64,000 bases of DNA. Source: Minisyncoccota bacterium (GTDB taxonomy: Bacteria > Patescibacteriota > Minisyncoccia > Phycocordibacterales > BOKC01). Numbering within the stretch: position 1 is the stretch's first letter; each line of letters begins with the position of its first letter. A program made the translations under genes and the position numbers. Location of the stretch: assembly GCA_030583745.1 (NCBI GenBank), contig CP129473.1, positions 530 to 64,529 of the forward strand, read 5' to 3'. The notes beneath the pieces were generated by a model. The model did not search any database and was not told the origin of the DNA. It saw only the letters and a list, made by a program, of their open reading frames with translations. This document shows positions 37,924 through 49,516 of this stretch, one piece after another.

Positions 37924-38886
37924 ATGGAAGACTTGGAAAAATTTCGAAATAATCCAAAAACCAGTTTCCTATTCTCGGTTTTTGAAAAATTAGGAAAAGA
38001 GAGTAGTGAAGTGAGAGAAATGCTTGAAAAAGACCCTGGTTTAAAGGAATTGTCCGAGGAGGAATTAAGTAGTCTGGAAAATCAAAGACTTGAAATTCTT
38101 CAACAAATGACAAATTTGCTCAAAGAGGAAGAGTCCGAAGAGAAGTTTCCTAATGAAATTATACTTGAAGTTCGAGCTGGTGCTGGCGGAGAAGAAGCGG
38201 CGCTTTTTGCCAAGCGTCTGGCTGAAATGTATGAAGAATATTCAGTTAGACAAAACTGGTCTTTTAGAAATATAGATGAATCAAGGAGTACACTTGGAGG
38301 ATACAAAGAAGCTTCTTTTGAAATCAAGGGCCGTGGTGTATTTGAAAAACTAAGATTTGAAACTGGCGTTCATCGTATCCAGCGAGTACCTCCAACAGAA
38401 AAGTCAGGTCGAGTTCACACCTCAACTGCTTCCGTCGCGATATTACCGATCAGAAAAATATCTAAGATTGAAATCAATCCTTCTGATTTGGAATTTGAAA
38501 CTTCCAGATCTGGTGGAGCAGGTGGCCAAAATGTTAACAAGGTAGAGACGGCAGTGAGAATAATTCATAAACCGACCGGAATTGATGTTCGCTCAACGGC
38601 CGAGAGAAGCCAGCTTAAGAACAAAGAAAAAGCTCTTAGCATATTAACCGCCAAACTCGAAGCATTACACGAAGAACAAGAAGCAAAAAAATATTCCGAA
38701 CAAAGAAAGAGCCAGATAGGTACCGCCGATCGTTCGGAAAAAATCAGAACGTACAATTTTTTACAAGATAGAATAACCGATCATCGGATAAAGAAGAGTT
38801 GGTCGCAAATAGAAAACATTCTTGCCGGAGAACTTGAAGATATTATTGAAGATTTAAGCAGTTCTAATCAAGAATCCAAGGTTTAA
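37924..38886 (+). CDS. prfA: Peptide chain release factor 1
   Basis: GGQ motif ([11 protein letters not shown]). RF1-type recognition region [14 protein letters not shown] (PxT-like). Confidence 0.8.
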   Translation: MEDLEKFRNNPKTSFLFSVFEKLGKESSEVREMLEKDPGLKELSEEELSSLENQRLEILQQMTNLLKEEESEEKFPNEIILEVRAGAGGEEAALFAKRLAEMYEEYSVRQNWSFRNIDESRSTLGGYKEASFEIKGRGVFEKLRFETGVHRIQRVPPTEKSGRVHTSTASVAILPIRKISKIEINPSDLEFETSRSGGAGGQNVNKVETAVRIIHKPTGIDVRSTAERSQLKNKEKALSILTAKLEALHEEQEAKKYSEQRKSQIGTADRSEKIRTYNFLQDRITDHRIKKSWSQIENILAGELEDIIEDLSSSNQESKV

Positions 38887-38964
38887 TCCTGGAATTTGCA
38901 CAAGTTTAGTATATTTGTTAGTATCTCTACTCGTATTGTGTTGTGATTTATACGTTTTAAATTT

Positions 38965-39678
38965 ATGTCAACCGGAATGATTTCAAAAGACACTGATCTT
39001 AAAGACCTGCTTACGGCAGGAGCTCATTATGGTTACTCAAAATCGAGAAGACATCCTTCGGCAAAAGAATTTATTCTCGGTTCTAAAAATAACATCGAAA
39101 TTTTTGACTTGGAGAAAACCTTGCCACTTCTTGAATCAGCCAAGGATTTTGTTAAAAACATTGTTGCTAATGGTGGCCAAATTCTTTTTGTGGGAGCAAA
39201 AAGCGAAGCAAAAAATGCCATAAAGACTGGTGCGGATTTAGCGGAAATGCCTTATGTGACAAACCGATGGATTGGTGGGACGATAACTAATTTTCCAGAG
39301 ATCAAAAAAAGAGTAGATAGGTTGCAGGATCTTCTGGGACAGAGAGAGAAAGGAGAATTATCAAAATATACAAAAAAAGAGAGATTGCTTTTGGACAGGG
39401 AAATTGAAACTTTGGACAAGATGTTTTCAGGATTGGTCTCTATGAAGAAATTGCCAGCCGCTATATTTGTTATTGACCCAAGAAGAGAAAAAACCGCTGT
39501 TGCCGAAGCAAAAAGAAAGAAAATTCCGGTTGTCGCTTTGGCTGGCTCGGATTGTGATCTAAAGCAGGTTGAGTTTTCTATTCCGGCAAACGATGCTTCA
39601 ATGGCCAGCATAAAGTATTTTGTTGAGCAGATTGTCGAAGCGATAAAAATTGGAAGGAAACAACAAAAGTCAGAATAG
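38965..39678 (+). CDS. rpsB: Ribosomal protein S2
   Basis: S2-family N-terminus (LLTAGAHYGY) and overall length. Precedes tsf. Confidence 0.85.
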   Translation: MSTGMISKDTDLKDLLTAGAHYGYSKSRRHPSAKEFILGSKNNIEIFDLEKTLPLLESAKDFVKNIVANGGQILFVGAKSEAKNAIKTGADLAEMPYVTNRWIGGTITNFPEIKKRVDRLQDLLGQREKGELSKYTKKERLLLDREIETLDKMFSGLVSMKKLPAAIFVIDPRREKTAVAEAKRKKIPVVALAGSDCDLKQVEFSIPANDASMASIKYFVEQIVEAIKIGRKQQKSE

Positions 39679-39709
39679 AGAATTAAGTTAAACAAAATGT
39701 TTTTATAAA

Positions 39710-40288
39710 ATGATTTCCACCGACCAAGTAAAAGAATTAAGAGACAAGACGGGTATTTCTATAATGCAATGTCGAAAAGCTCTCGAGGAAGCGGGTGGCG
39801 ACATGGGTAAGGCCCAAATCATTTTGCAAAAACAAAGCAAGGCGGTTGCCGAAAAAAAATCTGACAGAGAATTGAACGCTGGTGTGATTCAGGCATATAT
39901 CCACTCAAACGGTTCGGTTGGAGCCATGCTTGAGCTTACCTGTGAGACCGATTTTGTTTCGAAGAACGAAGAGTTCAAGAATCTTGCTTATGACTTGGCA
40001 ATGCAGGTTGCGGCCACCAATCCGAAATATTTGTCTAAAGAAGACATAAGCCAAGAGGCCAAAAAAGAGGCCGCTGAAGTTTTTTCTAAAGAGGTTGCAG
40101 ATAAGCCGGATGAATTAAAAGAAAAAATATTGTCTGGCAAGCTGGACGCGTTTTTTGCTGAGCAAATTTTACTGGAACAACCATTTATTAAAAATCCTGA
40201 TATCAAGATTGTTGGACTTATAGAATCAGCAGTTCAGAAATTTGGCGAAAAAATCAGAATTTCAAGATTTAGTCGGTTTTCGATATAA
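39710..40288 (+). CDS. tsf: Elongation factor Ts (short form)
   Basis: N-terminal UBA-like VKELRDKTGISIMQCRKALEEAGGDM. Confidence 0.88.
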   Translation: MISTDQVKELRDKTGISIMQCRKALEEAGGDMGKAQIILQKQSKAVAEKKSDRELNAGVIQAYIHSNGSVGAMLELTCETDFVSKNEEFKNLAYDLAMQVAATNPKYLSKEDISQEAKKEAAEVFSKEVADKPDELKEKILSGKLDAFFAEQILLEQPFIKNPDIKIVGLIESAVQKFGEKIRISRFSRFSI

Positions 40289-40333
40289 AATCGGTCTTTA
40301 GTGCACTGTTTTTAGTTTTGAAGAAAACACAAA

Positions 40334-40720
40334 ATGTTTTGGCTTCTCACAATATCAATTGTTCTCTTGCTGTGTTTTGTCACCTTTAAGTTATGGGAAA
40401 TTAAAAAGGGTAGGGTATCTTGGCTTAGTCGAACACTCTCCTCTCAGGACGAAAGGGTTAGAAGTTTTTTTATTTTCTTGATTAGAAAAGGTCACGAAAT
40501 AAATAAAGGAGTCAGAATTTTTATTTTTTCTCAATTTCCATCCGCTTGCTTTTTATTACTTGAAAAAGCAGTCTCCAAAGCATCTGGCCACTATGATCGT
40601 CTTAGAAGTTATATTCGAGGTAGATTAAAGATTAAAAAAGACCGACCCCACACCTCGCATTTTTTAAAAGAAATTGCTAAAGTGAAAGAAGAGAGGACAA
40701 ACAAAAGGGAGCCAGAATAA
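40334..40720 (+). CDS. Hypothetical small membrane protein
   Basis: One N-terminal TM. Basic, with no recognised motifs. Confidence 0.4.
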   Translation: MFWLLTISIVLLLCFVTFKLWEIKKGRVSWLSRTLSSQDERVRSFFIFLIRKGHEINKGVRIFIFSQFPSACFLLLEKAVSKASGHYDRLRSYIRGRLKIKKDRPHTSHFLKEIAKVKEERTNKREPE

Positions 40721-40753
40721 CCTCTTTGTTTTTATTGAAAGGTGATAAATACT

Positions 40754-40826
40754 GCCGCCTTAGCTCAGTTGGTAGAGCAACACTTTTGTAAAGTGAAGGT
40801 CCTCGGTTCAAGTCCGAGAGGCGGCT
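40754..40826 (+). tRNA. tRNA-Thr (anticodon TGT)
   Basis: Acceptor GCCGCCT/AGGCGGC, D-arm GCTCAGTTGGTAGAGC, anticodon loop TTTGTAA, T-arm GGTTCAAGTCC. Length is 73 nt. Confidence 0.85.
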
Positions 40827-40860
40827 TCAAAGTAAATTTCTACAAAATCTGGATAATAAG

Positions 40861-42204
40861 ATGATACAGGGCAATTTAATCTTTCTTCTGATAATTTATG
40901 TAGCATCTCTCTTTCTGATTTCTTGGCTGGTCTCCAGAAGACAGCAGTCCGAAGATTTTTTGATTGCCGGCAGGAACAGAAAAAGTTGGCAAATTCTTCT
41001 CTCAAAATTTGCCTCATCTATTGGTGCCGGATATTTTATAACCTATACTGGTTTTGCTTACGAATACGGCGTTGGTATTTTTGGAATGTTTATCGGAATG
41101 TTTGCCGGCTTTTTATTTTTTGCATATTGGGCGGCACCGAGAATTGCTCGTGGCTCAAAGGAAGGCAAATTTTACACCATCGGTCATTTTGTTTATAGCA
41201 AACTTCAGAACGATAAAGCCAGAATTTTAGCTGACATTTTTTCAAGTGGCATTCTTTTTGGTTGGTTGTTAGTTGGGGTTATTGGTAGTGGCAAGATAAT
41301 CGCTGATTTTGAACTTCTTTCTTATAATCTGGCTGTCGCGGTTACAAGTGTAGTAGTTTTGGGATATTTGCTTTTAGCTGGATTCAGGGCGGTTATTTTA
41401 ACCGATGTAATTCAATCAGCCGTTATTTTTATTTTGATGACTGTTATTACTTTCGGCATCATTCAAAACTCAAGTTTTTCTGAATTGCATTTTTCTTCTG
41501 CGAGCGAGCTTGATCTGGGTGTTGCGTTTGGTTTCTTCCTTTTTGGAGTGTTAAGTGTTTTTTCTTATTCCGACAGATACCAACTGTCCTACGCCGCCCA
41601 AGACGAAAGGGGTCTGAAAAACGGTCTTGGTTTGGCGATTCTGCCGATTGGTATAATCGCCTATTTTCTTTTTCTAATAGGCGTTTTTATGGCTAATCAG
41701 GTTCCGGGCTTGGACTCTGGACTGGTATTTACCGAGGCCTTAAAACAGTTTCTAAATCCCAAACTAGTTCCTCTCGCTATTGTTTTATTTTTTGCCGGGA
41801 TAATGAGTTCGGCTGATACTAATATCTATGCTATTTCTTCTCATTACGCTCTTTCCAAACCAAAAAGTAAAAACTACGCTAAGGATGTCCGGTGGGCAAT
41901 GGTTGGGCTCACCGCAGGACTGACTGTTCTGGCTATTATTTTCCCTTATGTGGTTAAGGTCTCTTTAGTTGCCGGCGCGATCTCACTTTTATTGTCTTGG
42001 CCTATGATTTATGTTATTTCCGGCGGACGAAATCCTAACAGATTTATAGGATCAATTATTACTTCAACTTTGGGACTTATAGGAGCTCTTGTTTTTCTCG
42101 GTCTGGAGCCGACGGCAGCAATAGTTATTATTCTCTTTGGTCCGATCGGTCTTTTATATTCTGGATGGAAAATTAAAAAGGCGGGAAATTGTATTCCTAG
42201 CTAA
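40861..42204 (+). CDS. Sodium:solute symporter (SSS) family transporter
   Basis: About 13 TM helices with SSS-like N-terminal composition. Confidence 0.6.
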   Translation: MIQGNLIFLLIIYVASLFLISWLVSRRQQSEDFLIAGRNRKSWQILLSKFASSIGAGYFITYTGFAYEYGVGIFGMFIGMFAGFLFFAYWAAPRIARGSKEGKFYTIGHFVYSKLQNDKARILADIFSSGILFGWLLVGVIGSGKIIADFELLSYNLAVAVTSVVVLGYLLLAGFRAVILTDVIQSAVIFILMTVITFGIIQNSSFSELHFSSASELDLGVAFGFFLFGVLSVFSYSDRYQLSYAAQDERGLKNGLGLAILPIGIIAYFLFLIGVFMANQVPGLDSGLVFTEALKQFLNPKLVPLAIVLFFAGIMSSADTNIYAISSHYALSKPKSKNYAKDVRWAMVGLTAGLTVLAIIFPYVVKVSLVAGAISLLLSWPMIYVISGGRNPNRFIGSIITSTLGLIGALVFLGLEPTAAIVIILFGPIGLLYSGWKIKKAGNCIPS

Positions 42205-42311
42205 CGTTTTAAGGAGTGAGTTTTTCAAAAATAATAAAATTTTTTACAAATTAAAGAATGAATATTAAGGACTTGCGATGTCCTTAATATTTTGAGATGT
42301 GATTTTACTTA

Positions 42312-43448
42312 TTACCTGATCTCGGCGCTAAATTGTCGCTTGGTCTCTTCTTCTATTTTTTTGTGGAGTTTTTCAACTTCGTCGGAAGTTAGGGTTCTGT
42401 CCATTGAGCGGTAAATAATTCGGTAAGTGTAGCTTGTTTTTCCAACACCAAATTTTTCAGCATTTTCGTATTTATCTAACAATTCAACTTCTTCAATCAA
42501 ATCACCGCCAATATCTCGGATCAGGTCAAAATAGTTGTTAGGTACGAAACTGTTATGAACGATGAAGGAAATGTCGCGCGGGGCAGGCGGAAACTTGGAA
42601 ACTTCCTGAAACTTAGCCCCTAGTTTTAATTGTTTTTTTACACGTTCGTCTTCTGACCAAAGCAGGCGAATATCCGGCAGATCCATGCTTAAAATTGCCA
42701 ATCTTTCCAAGCCGAAGCCGAAAGCCCAACCACTCCAAACTTTTGAATCAACTCCCAAATTTTCCAAAACTTTTCCGCTGACAACACCAGCACCCAAAAC
42801 CTCTATCCATCTGTCACCGATTTTAACTTCTATCTCCAAGCTCGGATCAGTATAAGGGAAAGTGTCGGGATTAAAGCGGTATTCAATGTCCGGACCGAAA
42901 ATTGTTTTCACAATTTTGTTCAAAATATCCTCCAAATCTTCCCGTCCGATGTTTTTTTCCTCACGCCGACAGAGAAACCAGCCGTCCATCTGATGAAAAA
43001 TGTTCATGTGATTCCTATCTATCTCGTCTTTCCGGTAAACTTTGCCGTGAGAAAGAGCCCCGACACTTTCTCCGCGATTAATTTTTTCCCTAACCTCTTG
43101 CTGTTTGAGGTGAAAATACCACATAACGGTGGTATGAGGGCGGAGGATGAAATCATCGTTTGCAAAATAAGTGTCCGACTTTGAACGTACTGGGTGGTTG
43201 GCGGGAAAATCAAATAAATCAAAACTGATTTCAGTTGAGACGATTTCTGGCGCTTCAACTTCGTCAAAATCTTCAAAATCTGACATCGCCTTTATTTTTT
43301 GAGCAAGTTCGGCAAGTGGGTTTCCCGAGGTTCTTGAAAGATCCGGCATTTCTAGAAATCGAATCATTCTCTTAGCTTCAGGGTCCTCTCGTTTTTCTAA
43401 TTCCGTTTTTAATTTAATTTCTTCTGAAGAGTTGACTATTATTTTCAT
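42312..43448 (-). CDS. pheS: Phenylalanine--tRNA ligase alpha subunit
   Basis: Class II aaRS core with FPANHPVR and MDGWF-like motifs. Start taken at MKIIVNSS, not the upstream in-frame extension. Confidence 0.85.
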   Translation of the reverse strand: MKIIVNSSEEIKLKTELEKREDPEAKRMIRFLEMPDLSRTSGNPLAELAQKIKAMSDFEDFDEVEAPEIVSTEISFDLFDFPANHPVRSKSDTYFANDDFILRPHTTVMWYFHLKQQEVREKINRGESVGALSHGKVYRKDEIDRNHMNIFHQMDGWFLCRREEKNIGREDLEDILNKIVKTIFGPDIEYRFNPDTFPYTDPSLEIEVKIGDRWIEVLGAGVVSGKVLENLGVDSKVWSGWAFGFGLERLAILSMDLPDIRLLWSEDERVKKQLKLGAKFQEVSKFPPAPRDISFIVHNSFVPNNYFDLIRDIGGDLIEEVELLDKYENAEKFGVGKTSYTYRIIYRSMDRTLTSDEVEKLHKKIEEETKRQFSAEIR

Positions 43449-43533
43449 ATCTAGAAAGATTATCAAATTCAATCTAAATTTGGAAGTTGAAAGCCCCGCG
43501 CCGGCGTACGCCGGCGCGGGGCTAATTTGAGAC

Positions 43534-43793
43534 AAAAAAATCCACCCCGACGTTTTCACGTCGGGGTGTGTATGGGCTACTTGCCCACCCTCTTCTGCTC
43601 ACCGCACTTCGTGGCGGTGGGCCGAACGGTCTGCTGTCTTCGAGGTGTCAGCCACGGTTCTGTCCGTGACCGATCCGTTCTGTGACCCTTACGGAACCGA
43701 CTGTCGGAGGAGTTGCGGGTTTGGTACGCCATCGTGTGTCTCCTTGATTGAAAGGAGTGTGTACCTGTGGGTGCGCCCTGTGCGCACCCATCT
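43534..43793 (-). ncRNA. GC-rich leader-like transcript upstream of pheS with its own promoter and terminator. May be a regulatory leader RNA and/or a 51-aa Arg-rich peptide.
   Basis: Minus-strand -35 TTGACT (43823-43828), 17 bp, -10 TAGACT (43800-43805). Terminator hairpin 43542-43568 followed by a U7 run. GGGUGG upstream is complementary to the terminator 5' arm CCACCC, giving an antiterminator alternative. The embedded ORF 43577..43732 has SD AAGGAGA. Confidence 0.35.
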
Positions 43794-43950
43794 TTTGATA
43801 GTCTATCATATAATAGACAGAAAGTCAAGTATATTGTTTAAAAAAACTCTCGAACTCTTTTTAAGCATATTTTCCCTTTGTTTTTCAGACCTTTTGCGGT
43901 AAAATAAAACTAAAGGTTTTAGATTCACCCGCTGTTATTTGGCGGGCTGA

Positions 43951-46032
<2,082 letters not shown>

Positions 46033-46218
46033 ACCTGAAAATTGCGAACTGCTTCGTTGTGCTGCGAAAAATGTTTCTCACCGTATTGTCACATACGGTT
46101 CGAAACATTTTTCTTGCGCGTCTCGTATCTCATCAATTTTCAGGCCTAGATAAAATCATATTCGGAAGTCCAACTTCCGAAATTTGACGTGGGAACTTTA
46201 ATTTTGTATATTTTGGAA

Positions 46219-46790
46219 GGAAAGTCAGCCAATGTAGGATGACGCATTTCTTCGGTCGCCCGGATGGGCTCAAAGGAGCGGATGCTCCAGGAGAAAATCA
46301 ATGTACACCAGAGAGGAAATAAAGGCTCAAGTTCGACTGAAGCGGCTATTCCGAGATTTTCCATGGCTCTGGGCACTTCAGAACCATTGGGCTCATTGGA
46401 ATTCTGTTCAAATCGAGTCAATTACCCTCATGAGGTTGTCTAGAGATTTTTCTCTATCTCTAGACGGGGGAACTTGGTGGGTCAAGCTATCATCGGGTGA
46501 CGGATTAACCCATCCTCTTGGACTTATAAAAAAGCTCGATCTGACTTCTGGTGCTGTTTCTCTTGCCACGGCAACTATAAGGAGCATACCAGGGATTGAT
46601 TACAACAAGATCGAGTTTTTGATCTTTCAGAGTCATGGGGGTCGTGGGGGTAATCTGTCTACAACAATCTATCGCGCTCCGCGCGGTCAGAATCTCCACC
46701 AGATGTGCTGTGAGGCGGCTGGGATTCGGGCCAAGAGCTGATCAACGCCATTTTGCCCCGCGCGACGTAGTCGCGCGGGGAGTTTCTTTT
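46219..46790 (+). ncRNA. Candidate large (~570 nt) structured non-coding RNA of unknown class
   Basis: Near-consensus promoter: TTGACG (46184-46189), 17 bp, TATATT (46207-46212). Strong terminator at 46756-46792. GC-rich in an AT-rich genome with many perfect hairpins. The only ORFs are W/R-rich, protein-unlike frames. Confidence 0.4.
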
Positions 46791-47073
46791 TCCCGCACAC
46801 CTGTTTTTACATCGTTGCACTTACATTTCCGTAACTTCCGTATTCAAACCTGGTAAGTCCTTGTAATTTAGTAAAATAATGTATAATTACCAATTATGGG
46901 AAAAAGAGATACCGGAGTAGGGAAAAGAAAAAAATCTCGCTCCAAAAAAACAAAAAAACGACTGGCGATAAAGTATGAAATGCTCTCAAAGCGTCAGGCC
47001 GGCAAAAAAAAGCGCTAATTAATTTTGTTGCCGAGACGGCATCCTTTAGCCAAACTATTTTAGTTTTTGGTTT

Positions 47074-48159
47074 GTGAATTGTGTTTTTTTTGCTATATTT
47101 TTCTTAATGGAGAGATTTTTAGACATTTTGAATTTTAAATTGGGAGAAAGTCTTGTTTCTGACTATCTATTGGCTGCAGCAGTTTTTCTTATCTTACTGG
47201 CTGTTTTTTCGGTTTTTAATAAATTTATTTTAAAATGGCTGGAAAAACTAGCTTTAAAAACCAAGACCGACTTGGACGAGACATTTATTTCCATTGTAAA
47301 GAAACTGCGTCCGCCCTTTTATTTCTTTTTGGCATTTTATTTTGCTCTTTGGTTTATAGAAGTTCAGGAATTACTCTGGAAATTTTTGACTGTTGTTTTG
47401 GTAGTCTGGGTCGTTTATCAAGCGGCGTTGGCTTCAAATATTTTAGTTGACTACGCCGTTAGGAAATTTACTAGAAAAGAAAAAACCGAGGGGACTAAAG
47501 GCGCAATTAAACTTATCGGTAAGATAAGTAAAGGCGTTTTGTGGGTGATTGCTGTTCTTTTTGTTCTATCCAACTTAGGTGTTAATGTTACCGCGCTTAT
47601 GGCCGGCCTCGGCATTGGTGGTATTGCTATTGCTCTGGCTCTGCAAAGTGTTTTAAGCGATCTATTCAGCTCTTTCTCAATTCATTTTGACAAGCCGTTT
47701 GTGCCGGGTGATTTTATTATTGTTGGCAGTGATATGGGAGTAGTGGAGCACATTGGCATCAAAACTACTCGCTTGAGAGCTCTTCAGGGCGAAGAGATTG
47801 TTATTTCCAATCAGGAATTAACCAGCGCTCGGATTCACAATTTCAAAAAAATGAAAGAACGGCGGGTTACTTTTTCTTTTGGTGTTGTTTATGGAACGCC
47901 CAACGATAAATTAGAAAAAATTCCCAACTTTATAAAAGAGATTATTGATTCAATTGATCTGACGCGATTTGATAGGGCGCACTTCCACAAATTTGGTGAC
48001 TCGTCTTTAGATTTTGAAGTTGTCTATTATACCCAATCTCCAGACTTTAACGCTTATATGAATGTCCAACAGGAAATTCACTTGCGTTTGAAAGCAATTC
48101 TTGAGAAAGAAAAAATTGAAATTGCTTTTCCAACCAGAACTGTTCATTTGGTGAAATAA
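47074..48159 (+). CDS. mscS: Mechanosensitive ion channel, MscS family
   Basis: Three N-terminal TM helices plus the MscS beta domain (GVNVTALMAGLGIGGIAIALA). An alternative start is at 47107. Confidence 0.8.
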   Translation: MNCVFFAIFFLMERFLDILNFKLGESLVSDYLLAAAVFLILLAVFSVFNKFILKWLEKLALKTKTDLDETFISIVKKLRPPFYFFLAFYFALWFIEVQELLWKFLTVVLVVWVVYQAALASNILVDYAVRKFTRKEKTEGTKGAIKLIGKISKGVLWVIAVLFVLSNLGVNVTALMAGLGIGGIAIALALQSVLSDLFSSFSIHFDKPFVPGDFIIVGSDMGVVEHIGIKTTRLRALQGEEIVISNQELTSARIHNFKKMKERRVTFSFGVVYGTPNDKLEKIPNFIKEIIDSIDLTRFDRAHFHKFGDSSLDFEVVYYTQSPDFNAYMNVQQEIHLRLKAILEKEKIEIAFPTRTVHLVK

Positions 48160-48297
48160 TAAAAAAATTTTATTTCCCAAGTGAATTCTCGGGTTGAGTC
48201 GAATGTTTTGTGTGCGAATGTTTGGGCGTCAAAAGTGCTCGGATATTACCACTCAAAACATTGACTATTTTTTTCTTTTAGTGTATAATGGAAAGGT

Positions 48298-49503
48298 ATG
48301 TTAAATACCGAGCGTTTTTTATTTTTTATGAATAAATTAAAGTTTAAAAAATCAATATCAATTATATTCTGTCTTTTCAGTATTTCCTTGCTTTTGGCTT
48401 CTTCTGAATCTCTGGCTGCCGGCCCGGCGCTTTCCGGAAGTTGTTTTACCAATCCGTCTTCAATCATTGTCGGACAGTCTGTAACATGGCTTGTTGATGT
48501 TGGTGGCGGAGACGGTCTTTATTCTTACAGCTATCTTTGGTCTGGTTCTGATAATCTAAATGGCCAAAATTCAAGTATGACCAAGGTATACAATACTCCG
48601 GGTATAAAAACCGCTACTGTCAGAATAAGATCCGGCAATCAGCAAATTTTTAGAAATTGCAGTGTGGTGGTGGAGACAGGGACTGTCTCTGTATCCGGCA
48701 ATCTTGGCCTTAACGCTTCAAATCAGAGCGTGCAGGGTGCTAATGGCCATGTTTTAGGCGAATCGGCTATTGCGGACCCTTTTATTGCTGGCTGTGTAGC
48801 CAACAAGGATTCTGTTGAGATTGGAGAAAATATATTTTGGACCGCTTTGGTTCCTTCTGATTTTAAAGACAAAAGCTCTTATTCATGGAGTGGTTCAGAT
48901 AATTTGTCTGGTCAGACCGAATCGGTTTCCATTTCTTACAAAACTATGGGAGTGAAGACTGCCACAGTTGTTGTCTCGTCCGGCGAAAAGCAAACCACTG
49001 CCAACTGTTCAATTGATGTAATAGGAAAAGGCGGTGTAATTCCGGTTGTTTCTGGCTCGGCTTCTGTTAATAATTTACCAGAAGTGGGAATTGTCCCTTT
49101 AAACTGGCGTATTCTTTCTTATCTTATTTTGATTATTGGAGGATTCGTACTTTTGTCTTTTGTTTTGGTTTTGAGAAAACAGCGGAATGCTGAAAGGCAG
49201 AAGATGTCTTTGGCGTATTCTGAAAGCATTAAACTTCCAGCACCTGAAGATAAAAATAAAAAAGAGATATCAGAGATAATTCAGTCCGAGGCCAGAGAAA
49301 GAAAGGTTCTGGTTTCCGCCGATGCACTTAATTTGCTAGTTGAAAAATCGGGAGGTGATTCTGATAAGGCAATCAAGTGTCTTGACTGTGTGGTTTCGGA
49401 AATGAAAGAGCCACCCTATTCAACTATTCCCGGCGAAGAAAGATTGCCGGTTGTCGACAAAGACGAGGTCGAAAAATGTTTTTTGAGAAACAAAGACCTT
49501 TAA
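48298..49503 (+). CDS. Hypothetical cell-surface protein with two PKD/Ig-like repeats, a TM segment and a cytoplasmic tail
   Basis: Signal peptide. Internal repeat (SGSDNL.GQ...KT.GVKTATV...NCS). One TM near residue 270. Confidence 0.55.
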   Translation: MLNTERFLFFMNKLKFKKSISIIFCLFSISLLLASSESLAAGPALSGSCFTNPSSIIVGQSVTWLVDVGGGDGLYSYSYLWSGSDNLNGQNSSMTKVYNTPGIKTATVRIRSGNQQIFRNCSVVVETGTVSVSGNLGLNASNQSVQGANGHVLGESAIADPFIAGCVANKDSVEIGENIFWTALVPSDFKDKSSYSWSGSDNLSGQTESVSISYKTMGVKTATVVVSSGEKQTTANCSIDVIGKGGVIPVVSGSASVNNLPEVGIVPLNWRILSYLILIIGGFVLLSFVLVLRKQRNAERQKMSLAYSESIKLPAPEDKNKKEISEIIQSEARERKVLVSADALNLLVEKSGGDSDKAIKCLDCVVSEMKEPPYSTIPGEERLPVVDKDEVEKCFLRNKDL

Positions 49504-49516
49504 ATTATTTTTGATC

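Noticed and set aside
43577-43828. 83-aa minus-strand ORF as a full-length protein
   Set aside because: Its first 32 codons lie upstream of the predicted promoter and TSS. Only the SD-preceded 51-aa distal part could be translated. The whole unit may instead be a regulatory leader RNA.
43486-43830. RNase P RNA, tmRNA or SRP RNA assignment for the GC-rich units at 43.5 kb, 46.2 kb and 51.4 kb
   Set aside because: Signature motifs were not found. These are the P4 GGAAAGUCCGGGC for RNase P, the tRNA-like 3' end with CCA for tmRNA and the domain IV GGAA motif for SRP RNA. Only partial similarities such as ACAGAAC were seen. The units are left as unclassified candidate RNAs.
46146-46856. Protein-coding ORFs within the 46.2-46.8 kb GC-rich unit (46301..46741 +, 46146..46421 -, 46635..46856 +)
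   Set aside because: Compositions are protein-unlike (Trp/Arg-rich, low complexity) and there are no SDs. The region has a promoter and terminator and dense hairpins, so it was treated as a candidate ncRNA.
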